From an uncultured Bdellovibrio sp. (GTDB lineage Bacteria > Bdellovibrionota > Bdellovibrionia > Bdellovibrionales > Bdellovibrionaceae): DNA of 64,000 nt. The DNA lies in the NCBI GenBank assembly GCA_963932905.1, contig CAWVRN010000003.1, forward strand, positions 128,001 through 192,000, read 5' to 3'. Each line of letters opens with the position of its first letter. Position 1 is the stretch's first letter. Under the pieces are notes generated by a model that was not told the origin of the DNA, searched no databases, and saw only the letters and a program-made list of their open reading frames with translations. A program made the position numbers and the translations under genes. Shown one piece after another: positions 10,589 through 21,354 of the stretch.

Positions 10589-11486
10589 GTGAATATCCCA
10601 ACTCTTTCATTATGCGATCATTTTTAAACCAATTTTCACGACACGATACTTTAATATCTAAGAAGATTTTCTCGCCCAGCATTTTTTCGATATCTTTACG
10701 CGCTTCACTGCCAATCTTTTTCAAATTCTCAGCACCTTTACCAATTACGATGCCTTTGTGGCCTTCACGCGCAACGATGATTTCAAGCGATAAATGAGGA
10801 ACTGTTTTAGATTCTTCATCATACTTAATCGTTCTAACAGCCAGATTATAGGGAATTTCCTGATGGCAGAATTCAAAGCATTTCTCACGAACAATTTCAC
10901 ACGCCAGGTCGCGAACACTTTCTTGTGTATAGATATCTTCATCATACAGAGCTTGCTCTGCTTCTGGCAATAATTTACGAATTTTCTCTAGCAACAAAGG
11001 CTTTTCCTGTTCGTACTCGTCTTGCTTTAAACTAACAGCAACAATTTCTACCTGATGTTCTTCCAGCATTTTACGGATAGTCACTACCCGATGTGATTTA
11101 TCAGCAAGGTCCGTTTTTGTGATGATCGCCATCCACGGTTTCTTACTTTTAGCGACTAGATTGATTACTTCTTCAATCGATTCTTTTTTCAATGAATCCA
11201 CGCTCAGCACAGCGATTAACGCATCACTCTCTTTAATTACTTCTGCCGCTTCTTTTTCCAAGAACGCGTTTAAACCTTCTTTTGCATACACTAACCCTGG
11301 CGAATCAACGAATACGATTTGACCATCTTCATGACTGTGGATTCCATGCACGCGACGTCGGGTCGTTTGTGGTTTCGCTGATACAATCGAAACTTTCTCA
11401 TCAATTAAATAATTCATCAACGTTGACTTACCCGCATTTGGTTCGCCAATCAGACCTACAAATCCTGCTCTATACCCGTTTTTCAT
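10563..11486 (-). CDS. era: GTPase Era
   Basis: GEPNAGKSTL, KPQTTR, QEIPY, IVIGKGA KH motif; follows rnc. Confidence 0.98.
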   Translation of the reverse strand: MKNGYRAGFVGLIGEPNAGKSTLMNYLIDEKVSIVSAKPQTTRRRVHGIHSHEDGQIVFVDSPGLVYAKEGLNAFLEKEAAEVIKESDALIAVLSVDSLKKESIEEVINLVAKSKKPWMAIITKTDLADKSHRVVTIRKMLEEHQVEIVAVSLKQDEYEQEKPLLLEKIRKLLPEAEQALYDEDIYTQESVRDLACEIVREKCFEFCHQEIPYNLAVRTIKYDEESKTVPHLSLEIIVAREGHKGIVIGKGAENLKKIGSEARKDIEKMLGEKIFLDIKVSCRENWFKNDRIMKELGYSHEKNRNKN

Positions 11487-12180
11487 TTATCACCTTCAGT
11501 GCCTCTTCAGCGGCACGTTGTTCTGCTTCTTTTTTCGATTTACCTTTTGCTCTGCTAATCACTGTTTCATCAAAAACTAATTCTACGATAAACACGCGAT
11601 CATGCGGTGGCCCCACTTCTTCGACCAATTGATAGCGAGGCACACGTTTATGTTGCTTCTGATAAATTTCCTGAATCCGCGTTTTAAAATCTTTCTCAAA
11701 AGGAATTTCTGAGTTCAGTGTCTGAACACGCTCCTTAAATAACTCACGACATGTTTTTTTGGCCACTTCATAGCCTGATTCCAAAAACATAGCCCCCACA
11801 ATAGCTTCGAATACCGACGCCAAAATCCTGGGATTACGAGCCCCATCCGATTTAATCTCGCCTTTGCCCATAATTAAAAACTGATCTAGTTTTAATTCCA
11901 GTGCCACGCTTGATAGAACCGTTTCATTAACCAATGATGCACGTTTTTTTGACAACGTACCTTCATCCTCATTAAAAAATAACTCCAACAACCATTCCGA
12001 GAAAATTAAGTCCACTACTGCATCACCCAGGAATTCCAACTTCTCGTTATTGAAATTCTTCTCTGTCGACACGAAACTTTTATGAGTCAGTGATTTCTGC
12101 AAATTCTTATGATCTTTAAATGTATAGCTAAGGCTACGCTCAAGCTGCGCCCAAGACGAATCAACCATAGATTTCCCCAA
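11470..12180 (-). CDS. rnc: Ribonuclease III
   Basis: NEKLEFLGDAV, FEAIVGA, dsRBD GPPHDR...GKSKKEAEQ; likely start MVDSS at 12168. Confidence 0.98.
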   Translation of the reverse strand: MGKSMVDSSWAQLERSLSYTFKDHKNLQKSLTHKSFVSTEKNFNNEKLEFLGDAVVDLIFSEWLLELFFNEDEGTLSKKRASLVNETVLSSVALELKLDQFLIMGKGEIKSDGARNPRILASVFEAIVGAMFLESGYEVAKKTCRELFKERVQTLNSEIPFEKDFKTRIQEIYQKQHKRVPRYQLVEEVGPPHDRVFIVELVFDETVISRAKGKSKKEAEQRAAEEALKVINEKRV

Positions 12181-13501
12181 TTAGATGATAGTCATTTTGG
12201 TTCACTTGCGCTGCCGCACCAATAATACGTACATCGACTTCTTGCCCGGCCCAACCGGCAGCCATCACTGGATCTACGCTAGGAAGTTTTATGTTCCAAT
12301 AATCACGACTTAAAGTCTGGCCTTTCTTTAGAACTAATGTCTTCTTCACTAAGCCTTTTTGCTTTTCAGCCTGCTCGCGAAGGCGCTGATTGCTTAACGT
12401 TCGCATTTCTTCCGCACGCTGTTTACGAACACTGTGAGGAACAGATGTTTCCATCACGGCGGCTTTAGTACCTTTGCGTTCAGAGTATGGAAATACATGA
12501 ATGCGAGTCCACGGCGTTGATTTTAATGAGGTCATTGTTTCTTTAAAATCATTTTCAGACTCTGTCGGAAACCCCGTGATGACATCCATGCCGACATAGG
12601 CATTTGGAACTTTGACCGCGATTTTGTGTAATGCGGTTTCAACATCAGATCGCGTGTACTTACGCTTCATCTCTTTCAAAACTTCAGACTGTGCACTTTG
12701 AATGCTCATATGAAAATGCGAACACACTCGGGAATCTTGAAATACATCCAACAGTCGATCAGAAACTTCAATCGGCTCAAGACTGCCTAAACGAATCCGC
12801 TGAATTTTAGTTTTTGATAGAATAGCCTCAATCAAACCTTCCAGACCTAGATTTACGTCTGTATCATAATAGTCACCTATATGAACGCCGGCTAGTACAA
12901 CTTCTTGCACCTTTTGCGATTCTAGCTCCCAAATTCTTTCAATCAGTGTTTTCACTTTCAATGATCGAGACGTCCCACGTGCGTACGGAATGATACAAAA
13001 AGAACAGAAACTATTGCAACCATCTTGAATTTTTAAGAATGAACGCGTGTGGGAATCTTCCTCGCCACCGCCAACGCCCAAATCTTCTTTCTTAAATATA
13101 TTGCTCTTAAACGTTTTGTTTAGATCACGCTTACGGAAAAAATTATCTAAGATAAATGGCAGTTCATGCTTGTGCGAATTCGCAACGACCAAATCGACTG
13201 ACGGCAAATCGATAAAGCTTTCTGTATCAACTTGGGCCGCACAACCCGTCACTACGATCGTAGAAAAGGGCTCCTTCGCTTTCAATTTACGGATCAAACG
13301 AACCGCCTGTTGAGTGGCTTCTTTCGTTACCGCACATGTATTTAGAATATGCACAGCCGGTTTCGCAGCTGGTAACGTCACTAATGGCGACGCCGTCAAA
13401 AGACTAGCGTGTTTTTTTAAATTTTTCTGAATCAAACCCGTGTCGTAAGTATTCACCTTACAACCAAATGTATGATACTGGAGGTTTAAATTACTATCCA
13501 T
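12161..13501 (-). CDS. mtaB: tRNA t6A37 methylthiotransferase
   Basis: TFGCKVN, NTCAVT, VTGC.AQ, radical SAM CNSFCSFC with LKIQDG, IHVFPYS.R.GT. Confidence 0.93.
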   Translation of the reverse strand: MDSNLNLQYHTFGCKVNTYDTGLIQKNLKKHASLLTASPLVTLPAAKPAVHILNTCAVTKEATQQAVRLIRKLKAKEPFSTIVVTGCAAQVDTESFIDLPSVDLVVANSHKHELPFILDNFFRKRDLNKTFKSNIFKKEDLGVGGGEEDSHTRSFLKIQDGCNSFCSFCIIPYARGTSRSLKVKTLIERIWELESQKVQEVVLAGVHIGDYYDTDVNLGLEGLIEAILSKTKIQRIRLGSLEPIEVSDRLLDVFQDSRVCSHFHMSIQSAQSEVLKEMKRKYTRSDVETALHKIAVKVPNAYVGMDVITGFPTESENDFKETMTSLKSTPWTRIHVFPYSERKGTKAAVMETSVPHSVRKQRAEEMRTLSNQRLREQAEKQKGLVKKTLVLKKGQTLSRDYWNIKLPSVDPVMAAGWAGQEVDVRIIGAAAQVNQNDYHLIGEIYG

Positions 13502-14595
13502 CCCCCACCTATCAACTTTTTATCCTTGTATATCACAGCCGCTTGTCCTGGTGTGATCGCCCGTTGTTTTTCCAAGAAGGAAACTTTAAATCCGTTGCCA
13601 TCTTTTTTAATTTTCGCGGGTGCACCTTTGTGCTGGTAGCGAATTTTAACGTTATAGATTTGCTCCTCATTCAGATCGTCCATCAATTTCATGTCACGTA
13701 AATTTAAATCATGACCAAACAAATGCGACTCGTCACCTAACCACACCGTTTTGGTATCAGCATCGACTTTGATGACGAACATTTTTTCGTGATGATCTAA
13801 ACCAAAGCCTTTACTTTGTCCGTACGTATAGTGATGAATACCTTTGTGTTCACCCATCACTTCGCCATTTGGATAGCGACGGAACAAACCACGAAGGTCT
13901 TCCAGAGCTTTTTTGCCAACTTGCGATTCAATAAAGTTACCGTAACCCTGATTACCTACAAAGCATATACCTTGCGAATCTTTTTTCTTGGCGACAATTA
14001 AACCTTTTTCTTCCGCTATTTTGCGAACATCTGGTTTTTGCAAATGGCCAATAGGGAATAAAAGTTTAGGAATGATTTGCGAATTGGTTGTGAACAAGAA
14101 ATACGTTTGGTCTTTCCAATCATCAACAGAGGTAGCGATAAAACTTTTCCCGTTTTCAGTTTGTATTTGTGCATAGTGACCGGTAGCTAAGTAATCGCAG
14201 TCCAATTCGCGCATTTTATGAATTAGGTGATCAAATTTTAAGTACGTATTGCAATTCACACACGGAAGCGGTGTTTGCCCTTTCATGTAATCCGCAACGA
14301 ACGGATCAATAACACTTTCTTTGAATTTCGTTTCACAATTAATCACGTAGAATGGAATTTTAATTTTATCAGCCACCGAACGTGCATCGTCCACATCCAA
14401 GCTGGAACAACACGTACCGTTGCCTTCGTCGATATCACACTGAGAATAATCCCAGACTTGCATCGTAGCCCCGATAACCTCAAAACCCTGATCCACCAGC
14501 AGCGCTGCGGCTACAGAGCTATCCACCCCGCCGCTCATCGCAACCAGCACTCTTTTTTTTGCCCGCACATTGCCTGACATTTTAGGCTGTGACAT
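13486..14595 (-). CDS. mnmA: tRNA 2-thiouridylase
   Basis: AMSGGVDSS, PCVNCN, ATGHY, KDQTYFL, DSQGICF, TPGQAAV. Confidence 0.98.
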   Translation of the reverse strand: MSQPKMSGNVRAKKRVLVAMSGGVDSSVAAALLVDQGFEVIGATMQVWDYSQCDIDEGNGTCCSSLDVDDARSVADKIKIPFYVINCETKFKESVIDPFVADYMKGQTPLPCVNCNTYLKFDHLIHKMRELDCDYLATGHYAQIQTENGKSFIATSVDDWKDQTYFLFTTNSQIIPKLLFPIGHLQKPDVRKIAEEKGLIVAKKKDSQGICFVGNQGYGNFIESQVGKKALEDLRGLFRRYPNGEVMGEHKGIHHYTYGQSKGFGLDHHEKMFVIKVDADTKTVWLGDESHLFGHDLNLRDMKLMDDLNEEQIYNVKIRYQHKGAPAKIKKDGNGFKVSFLEKQRAITPGQAAVIYKDKKLIGGGWIVI

Positions 14596-15805
14596 TTTCT
14601 AGTTCCTTTTTCATTTGTCTCAATCGCGATACTATTTCGCCCAGTCGCTGAACAAATTTTTCTAAATCATCTGCTTTCGAGCCCCACCCCAGCGACACAC
14701 GCAGACTGGTTTGCGCTTCAAAGCGAGTGAAACCCATCGCTAATAACACTGGACTTGGCTCTGGATTTCCCGAACTGCAGGCAGCGCCCGTTGAAACACA
14801 GAATCCATCTAGATCCAAATTGATCAACAACGTTTCAGCATCAATACCGGCGATCATCATGTGACTTGTGTTTGTTAATCGTGGTGATTTCTGGGCCGTG
14901 ATATACAGTTCAGGAATCTCGGCCACTAAACGAGCTTCCATCGCATCACGCAACTGACCTAACTCAGATACCTTACCCACAAGATCCATCGTTGCCATTT
15001 TGCCTGCCATGTGACCCATGGCAGCGATACCGACCGTATTTTCTGTGCCACCACGACGGAAGCGCTCTTGGGCACCACCATCGATCAAATTTTCAAGCGG
15101 CGCGGTTTTCTTGGCATACATAAATCCGCTACCTTTTAGCGAATAAAACTTATGCCCTGAAAAGGTCGCATAGTCGACGCCTAGTTTTTTTAGATCCAAT
15201 GTGTGTTTGCCGAACATTTGCACGCAGTCACTGTGAACTAAGGCCCCTGCCGCTTTAGCCAGATCTACGATTTCGGCGACCGGAAACAAAGTTCCTGTTT
15301 CATTGTTAGCTGACATGACAGAAACAAGCGCCGTTTTTGACCCTAAATGCATTTTCACAAAATTTAAATCCAAGGCACCCTCTTTGCTGACGGGAATCCA
15401 GCGAATGACGGCGCCCTTTTTTTCGATCGACTGCATCGCTTTGATCACACTCGGATGCTCGACCGCCGAGCATAAAAATTCTGGGCGTTCTTTACCGCGA
15501 CGATCCCAAATCGCCTTGATAACGGTGTTATTGCCTTCGCTAGCACCCGATGTGAAAACGATTTCTAAAGGCGATACGTTCAACAATTCAGCGATTTTTA
15601 CACGCGCTTCGCGGATTAAGGTACGCGGGCCACGAGACGCCTGATGAATAGAACTTGGATTCCCAAATTGAGACATCCAGGTCGGGACCAGTTCAAAGAG
15701 CGATGGGTCGACTGGAGTCGTGGCGTTGTGATCTAAATAGACCCCGTCAAAGGTACTAGCTGTAACTATTTTCATTGGGATTTCGATACCATAAATCGCC
15801 CCCAA
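14582..15805 (-). CDS. iscS: Cysteine desulfurase (IscS/NifS type)
   Basis: YLDHNATTP, GNPSS.H, SGHKF PLP lysine, STGAACSSG; likely start at 15775. Confidence 0.93.
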   Translation of the reverse strand: MGAIYGIEIPMKIVTASTFDGVYLDHNATTPVDPSLFELVPTWMSQFGNPSSIHQASRGPRTLIREARVKIAELLNVSPLEIVFTSGASEGNNTVIKAIWDRRGKERPEFLCSAVEHPSVIKAMQSIEKKGAVIRWIPVSKEGALDLNFVKMHLGSKTALVSVMSANNETGTLFPVAEIVDLAKAAGALVHSDCVQMFGKHTLDLKKLGVDYATFSGHKFYSLKGSGFMYAKKTAPLENLIDGGAQERFRRGGTENTVGIAAMGHMAGKMATMDLVGKVSELGQLRDAMEARLVAEIPELYITAQKSPRLTNTSHMMIAGIDAETLLINLDLDGFCVSTGAACSSGNPEPSPVLLAMGFTRFEAQTSLRVSLGWGSKADDLEKFVQRLGEIVSRLRQMKKELENVTA

Positions 15806-15879
15806 TGAGAAGGGATCATTCTGTATTACTTTTTTACAGGACCTGATAGGGAAACTTATCGGTACAGCCGCTTATTTCA

Positions 15880-15906
15880 TAAAGATTTTTCAATACGTTC
15901 CGATCA
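15880..15906 (+). promoter_or_regulatory. Sigma-28 (FliA)-like promoter
   Basis: TAAA-N15-TCCGATCA just upstream of ATG 15915. Confidence 0.45.
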
Positions 15907-15911
15907 CTCCA

Positions 15912-17345
15912 TTGATGGCAATGAATTTAAAATGGTCTCAGCAGTTCCAAAACTATCTCGCTGACTTTGAGAACAAGTACAAAGCTGCTCAATCCACATT
16001 GAGTCCGCTTGGTTTTGCTTTAAGCCAAAAGATCATTCCTATGAATCAATATCTGAAATGGGCACAATCAACGTATCATCTGCCTATAATCAATGAGGAT
16101 TACTTCAACACTCACTTACCTTCTGCAGAAGACTGGAAATCTTGGAAAACTGAATTTCAATGGAGTGAAGAAATCGTACCTATTGGATTGTGGGACGGTC
16201 ACTTGCTAGTGGCGTGTCTAGAAACCCCTACCCGTTTCCCGGCTTCATTTTATCCTATTTTTTTATTAGCTGACTTCAAACATACGCAGCGTACTTTTCA
16301 GTTTTACGTAAACTCGGACAAAGGCAGCGAATCAGCTAAAAAAGTAAAAGAACTTATCAATCCTCAACCGGCCGTTGCCCAAACACCGCCACCTGCGAAA
16401 TCGCAAGCATCACAGGTTGTAAAAATTGAAACTCTTGAGTTAATCGACGCGTCCGCAGAAGAAAGTAATAACGACGCTGAAGAACTGAATTTAAATCCAG
16501 TTGAAGAACAACCAGAGGGATTGAATTTTTCTATTGAATCGTTGTCAACGAACGCACCTTCTGTGGCATCACTGTCAAACTCACTTTCTACTTTGTCGTC
16601 AACATCAACACCCAGCGCACCGACTGAAATTTCATTTGATAACTTAGACATCTTATCAAACCCTGGTAAGGAAGAAATTTCTTTAAAATTTACAAACGTC
16701 GAAGTGACCTCTGGATCTGGCAAAAAAATTATCAAAGACAGCAATACAGGTATAACAAATTCCGGCATGACGAATGTGACCAGTGTGGGAAATTTAACAA
16801 CGATCAGCCACACTAACCTGCCCGCGTCGATCCAAAATGAAATTAATAAAGGTCTTCCTTATTTCATCGCGATCAAAAAAGACAACCCAATAAATTTCGA
16901 AACAATAACTCAAGGATTTTTCGCTAAAGGATCAAATTTGTTCAACAAATTCATTCTTGTGGCGGTGGACCCTAGTGAGTTACACGCGGTACCAGTTTCA
17001 TGGTCCGACGCGATCAATCCCCGATCAAAAGATTTAGAAAAATTAGATCTTAACGAGCCTAGCATTTTTAAAACTGTGGCAAGTACATTAAAAAGTTACC
17101 ACGGCCACATCGTCCTCAACGAAAGCAATGAAAAGTTTTTTGAGTTCTGGAACCAAGGGCAAGTCCCTGGAAATATCACCATGGTTCCACTCATCGTACG
17201 CAATAAATTAGTTGGTATGTGGATGGGCTTAGGTGAGTCTAATACATACAACTGGAACACGCTAAAGCAAATGGAAGCGCGAGGCAAAGAACTCTGCGAA
17301 ACTTTCAGCAATATGTTCAAAGACTCTAAAGAATCAGCGGCTTAG
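15912..17345 (+). CDS. Hypothetical protein: possible GspE/PilB N-terminal-like domain, Ser/Thr-rich linker, possible GAF-like C-terminus
   Basis: Long ORF; IVPIG..DG.LLVA pattern near N-terminus; C-terminal ITMVPLIVRNKLVGMW resembles GAF strands. Confidence 0.55.
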   Translation: MMAMNLKWSQQFQNYLADFENKYKAAQSTLSPLGFALSQKIIPMNQYLKWAQSTYHLPIINEDYFNTHLPSAEDWKSWKTEFQWSEEIVPIGLWDGHLLVACLETPTRFPASFYPIFLLADFKHTQRTFQFYVNSDKGSESAKKVKELINPQPAVAQTPPPAKSQASQVVKIETLELIDASAEESNNDAEELNLNPVEEQPEGLNFSIESLSTNAPSVASLSNSLSTLSSTSTPSAPTEISFDNLDILSNPGKEEISLKFTNVEVTSGSGKKIIKDSNTGITNSGMTNVTSVGNLTTISHTNLPASIQNEINKGLPYFIAIKKDNPINFETITQGFFAKGSNLFNKFILVAVDPSELHAVPVSWSDAINPRSKDLEKLDLNEPSIFKTVASTLKSYHGHIVLNESNEKFFEFWNQGQVPGNITMVPLIVRNKLVGMWMGLGESNTYNWNTLKQMEARGKELCETFSNMFKDSKESAA

Positions 17346-17403
17346 TACAATCTGATATCACGATATCGAATATCCCCGATATCTGACTGCACTGACTGCA
17401 CAC

Positions 17404-18132
17404 TTAAAACTCACCATCAAACATGGGTGGTGGCGGTGGTGGCGGCGGAATATAGCCATCGCCCATCTCCCCTCCTCCGTTATTAAAGTCGGCCGGGAAC
17501 GGCGGCGGTGGCGGAGGCGGAATTTCATCATAGAATGGCTCATTCGACATCTCAGCTGGCAATGGCGGCGGTGGCGGTGGAATATAGCCCGAATCGGTTG
17601 CAAAATCTGGCGCAGAAGCTCCTGAACTACCGCTTGAGCCCGCACCTGGTTTTGTTGCAATTTTATATTTTGGCTTTGCCCCGTAAATCGCCCGTTTTTT
17701 ATAATCGTATCGTGGGCGCTCAACAAAAATACCTAGTTCTTCTTCTTCCGTGAAATCACGTTTATTTTGAATGATTTTACTTTTGCGCTGATTTTTACGA
17801 TACTCTTCCATTGCCACGCGATCGGCTTTATCTTGTTTCAGCTGCTCGGCCAAATACTCTTTGTAATTGTCGACCTCGTCATTTTCCTGTTTTTCTAATT
17901 TCTGACTTTTTCGAAAATCACGTAGCGCTTTGTTTTTCTCAAAAAGATCTTTTTCGACGCTTTCCAAATACGCCCGATAACTACGCAGTCGTTCTCGGTC
18001 GAACACCTGACTTTCCTCAACGTATTCTTTGTACCCCGACAGACGCTCTTGTTCCATTTCATGCTCCTGAATACGAGCCGAAACAGGCAAAACAAGCATA
18101 AGACTAAGCAACAGGGTTAAAGGTGAGTTCAT
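17404..18132 (-). CDS. Secreted coiled-coil protein with C-terminal polyproline tracts
   Basis: Signal peptide; charged helical core; three IPPPPPPP runs. Confidence 0.75.
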   Translation of the reverse strand: MNSPLTLLLSLMLVLPVSARIQEHEMEQERLSGYKEYVEESQVFDRERLRSYRAYLESVEKDLFEKNKALRDFRKSQKLEKQENDEVDNYKEYLAEQLKQDKADRVAMEEYRKNQRKSKIIQNKRDFTEEEELGIFVERPRYDYKKRAIYGAKPKYKIATKPGAGSSGSSGASAPDFATDSGYIPPPPPPLPAEMSNEPFYDEIPPPPPPPFPADFNNGGGEMGDGYIPPPPPPPPMFDGEF

Positions 18133-18244
18133 ACCCCTATCATATCACTTTTTTTAATTTTCGAATCTAAATTATTTTCCTCTCGACTTTTTAAACGATT
18201 TTAGGAATCATGAGATCCAAATTGAATCTACTTCGAGGTCCCTT

Positions 18245-19270
18245 ATGGAATTTTGGTCTGAAATTGGCGTCTTTACTATTAAAACATTGGTCCTATTCTT
18301 GTTCTTTGCTGGGATTATTATTGTCATCGCCGTAATGGCCATGAAATCTCAAATGAAGTCAGCCCTTGAAATCGAAAAATTAAACGAAAAAATGACTAGT
18401 TACGAAAATTCGTTTAAGTCAATTCTGCTAGATAAAAATCAACTCAAAGAAGAAAAAAAGAAGGACAAGAAAGCTAAAAAAGAAAAGGACAAAGATAAAG
18501 AGCTAACCAATAAGTCACGTTTATTCGTTGTCGATTTTCATGGCGACATCAAAGCCTCACAAGTAGAAAACCTTCGCGAAGAAATCACCGCCATTCTAAC
18601 CACAGCTAACGACAAAGACGAAATCCTTGTTTGCGTCGAATCCCCTGGCGGCGTTGTCAATAATTATGGTCTAGCGGCCAGCGAACTCGTGCGCGTTCGC
18701 GAACGCAATATTCCATTGACAATCGCCGTTGATAAAGTCGCTGCTAGTGGCGGTTATTTGATGGCCTGCACGGCAAACAAAATTCTATGTGCCCCATTCG
18801 GAATTGTTGGCTCCATCGGAGTAGTAGCTCAGGTTCCCAATTTCAATCGTTTGTTAAAAAAGTACGACGTTGATTTCAAAGAATACACCGCCGGCGATTT
18901 TAAAAGAACGGTTTCTCTTTTTGGAGAAATTACACCTAAAGGTGAAGAAAAATTTCGTGATCAATTGGAACAAACGCACCAGCTATTTAAATCTTTCGTA
19001 TCCCGCTATCGCCCTCAACTAGACGTAGAAAAAGTGGGAACTGGTGAATATTGGTTCGGCGAACAGTGCTTGGAATTAAAGTTAATAGATCAAATAAAAA
19101 CAAGCGATGACTACATCTTAGAAGCAGCTAAAGACCGCACTGTTTTAAAAGTGAAATTTGAAAAGAAACAGGGCCTTTCAGAAAAACTTTCTGGAATTTT
19201 GGGACAGGCATTCGAATTAGCATTCGAAAAAATCGTTGCCAAAATGGAACCAGCTCAACGATTACTATGA
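18245..19270 (+). CDS. sohB: S49-family serine peptidase SohB
   Basis: F.GDIKASQV..LREEI, ESPGG.V..YGLAAS, DKVAASGGYLMAC, TAGDFKRTV. Confidence 0.95.
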   Translation: MEFWSEIGVFTIKTLVLFLFFAGIIIVIAVMAMKSQMKSALEIEKLNEKMTSYENSFKSILLDKNQLKEEKKKDKKAKKEKDKDKELTNKSRLFVVDFHGDIKASQVENLREEITAILTTANDKDEILVCVESPGGVVNNYGLAASELVRVRERNIPLTIAVDKVAASGGYLMACTANKILCAPFGIVGSIGVVAQVPNFNRLLKKYDVDFKEYTAGDFKRTVSLFGEITPKGEEKFRDQLEQTHQLFKSFVSRYRPQLDVEKVGTGEYWFGEQCLELKLIDQIKTSDDYILEAAKDRTVLKVKFEKKQGLSEKLSGILGQAFELAFEKIVAKMEPAQRLL

Positions 19271-19334
19271 TAAAATTTTAGTTCTGAAAACTAAATGATA
19301 GACTCGTGTTCCCCTTTGTTATAATTCATAAACA

Positions 19335-20333
19335 GTGGTTGGATGGATCCGATCAAAAATGGGGGGAATGAATTTGTCACTGGTACGTGTCGAAAATCTG
19401 GAAACTACATTCTACTTAAAATCGGGTCCGTTCCGCGCTGTAAACAACATATCTTATGAAATCAACAAAGGTGAAACATTAGGTATTGTTGGCGAAAGCG
19501 GTTGCGGAAAATCCGTTACTTCGTTTTCATTAATGCGTTTAATTGAACGCCCGGGCAAAATCACTCGCGGAAAATTCACACTCGACGGCAAAGACGTTTT
19601 AGCCGCCTCCGAATCCGAAATGGAAGAAATTCGTGGTGGCGACATGGCCATGATTTTTCAAGAGCCTATGACAGCGCTGAATCCTGTTTTAACAATAGGA
19701 TTCCAAATTGACGAACAAATTATAAAACACAAAAAATGCAGCCCAAAAGAAGCGCGCGATCGCAGTATCGAAATGCTTAAATTGGTTGGCATTCCGTCCC
19801 CGGAATCACGTTACACCAACTACCCTCACCAACTCTCTGGAGGAATGAGGCAGCGAGCGATGATTGCTATGGCTTTATCTTGTGATCCTAAATTTTTAAT
19901 TGCCGATGAACCTACAACCGCCCTTGACGTAACGATCCAGGCGCAGATTTTAGAATTGATTCAAAAGGTTCAATCTCAATTTCATATGAGCGTTCAATTT
20001 ATCACACATGATTTGGGCGTTATTTCAGAAGTTTCTGATAAAGTTTTAGTTATGTATGGTGGTCAGATGTGTGAAAAATCGCCAACACAAACTTTGTTTA
20101 CTTCACCAAAACATCCGTACACCGCGGCCTTAATTGAATCGCGACCAAAACTAGGCCAGCGATCATCGCGTTTAAAAACTATAGAAGGCTCAGTCCCGGC
20201 GCCGCATGAATTACCTGCTGGTTGCCCGTTTGTGAATCGTTGTTCGCGAGCCAAGTCGGAATGCTCTCACCAAAAACCATTGCCTGTTGAAGTTGCACCT
20301 AACCATTCGGTGGCGTGCTTCAACCCACTTTAA
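19335..20333 (+). CDS. oppD: Oligo/dipeptide ABC transporter ATPase
   Basis: GESGCGKS, LSGGMRQR, DEPTTALD, C-terminal Cys cluster; likely start 19368. Confidence 0.92.
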   Translation: MVGWIRSKMGGMNLSLVRVENLETTFYLKSGPFRAVNNISYEINKGETLGIVGESGCGKSVTSFSLMRLIERPGKITRGKFTLDGKDVLAASESEMEEIRGGDMAMIFQEPMTALNPVLTIGFQIDEQIIKHKKCSPKEARDRSIEMLKLVGIPSPESRYTNYPHQLSGGMRQRAMIAMALSCDPKFLIADEPTTALDVTIQAQILELIQKVQSQFHMSVQFITHDLGVISEVSDKVLVMYGGQMCEKSPTQTLFTSPKHPYTAALIESRPKLGQRSSRLKTIEGSVPAPHELPAGCPFVNRCSRAKSECSHQKPLPVEVAPNHSVACFNPL

Positions 20334-20342
20334 GGATTACGT

Positions 20343-21341
20343 ATGAAACAAATATCAAACGAAATTATTCTTAAAGCCATTAATGTAAAAAAATACTTCC
20401 CCATCAAAAAAGGTTTACTTTTAAAAACCGTAGGTCAAGTTAAAGCCGTTGACGACGTTTCTCTTGAAGTTCGCCAAGGGGAAACCTTAGGTCTTGTTGG
20501 CGAAAGTGGCTGCGGCAAATCGACGCTTGGTCGAACGTTGATACGTTTATATGAACCAACTTCAGGCGGGATCGAATTTGAAAATAAAAACTTCTTAAAT
20601 GTCAGTGGCCGCAGTTTACGCAATCTGCGCAAAGACATCCAAATGATTTTCCAAGACCCGTATGCGTCATTAGATCCACGTATGACTGTCGGGCAAATCA
20701 TTCAGCAACCCTTTGACATTCATGGCGTGGGCAGTGGTCGCGAACGTGAAAAACGAGTAAAAGAGCTTCTAGAATTAGTCGGCTTAAAGGCGTCTCATGT
20801 TAATCGCTACCCGCATGAATTTTCAGGCGGTCAACGTCAGCGTATTTGTATTGCGCGCGCAATTGCCTTAAATCCAAAATTGATCATTTGCGATGAACCC
20901 GTATCCGCACTGGATGTATCGATCCAAGCCCAAATTTTAAATTTACTAAAAGATCTTCAAGAAAAACTGGGCCTGACATATGTTTTTATTTCGCATGATC
21001 TATCCGTTATCGAATATTTCTGTGATCGTGTCGCAGTTATGTACCTAGGAAAAATTGTCGAGATCGGCACGCGCGACGAAATGTTCGCGGAACCAAAACA
21101 TCCTTACACACAAGCATTGTTGTCCGCAATTCCACGTGTTGGTGAAGGAAAAAAGGCTATGAAGAAATCTCTTTCTGGTGAAGTTCCTAGCCCGATCAAC
21201 CCTCCCTCTGGTTGCACCTTCCATCCTCGCTGCCCTCAGGCTATGGATATTTGTTCAAAACAAATTCCGCTGCTACAAGGCAAAGGGACACAAAGCGTAG
21301 CCTGCCATCTATACGACGAAAATTTAAAATTAAAAAAATAA
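20343..21341 (+). CDS. oppF: Oligo/dipeptide ABC transporter ATPase
   Basis: GESGCGKST, FSGGQRQR, DEPVSALD, GC.FHPRC. Confidence 0.92.
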   Translation: MKQISNEIILKAINVKKYFPIKKGLLLKTVGQVKAVDDVSLEVRQGETLGLVGESGCGKSTLGRTLIRLYEPTSGGIEFENKNFLNVSGRSLRNLRKDIQMIFQDPYASLDPRMTVGQIIQQPFDIHGVGSGREREKRVKELLELVGLKASHVNRYPHEFSGGQRQRICIARAIALNPKLIICDEPVSALDVSIQAQILNLLKDLQEKLGLTYVFISHDLSVIEYFCDRVAVMYLGKIVEIGTRDEMFAEPKHPYTQALLSAIPRVGEGKKAMKKSLSGEVPSPINPPSGCTFHPRCPQAMDICSKQIPLLQGKGTQSVACHLYDENLKLKK

Positions 21342-21354
21342 CCAGGAGTTAGAA

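Noticed and set aside
17354..17400. gatatc and ctgactgca microrepeats between convergent genes
   Set aside because: Too short to assign; may be chance or a weak terminator region
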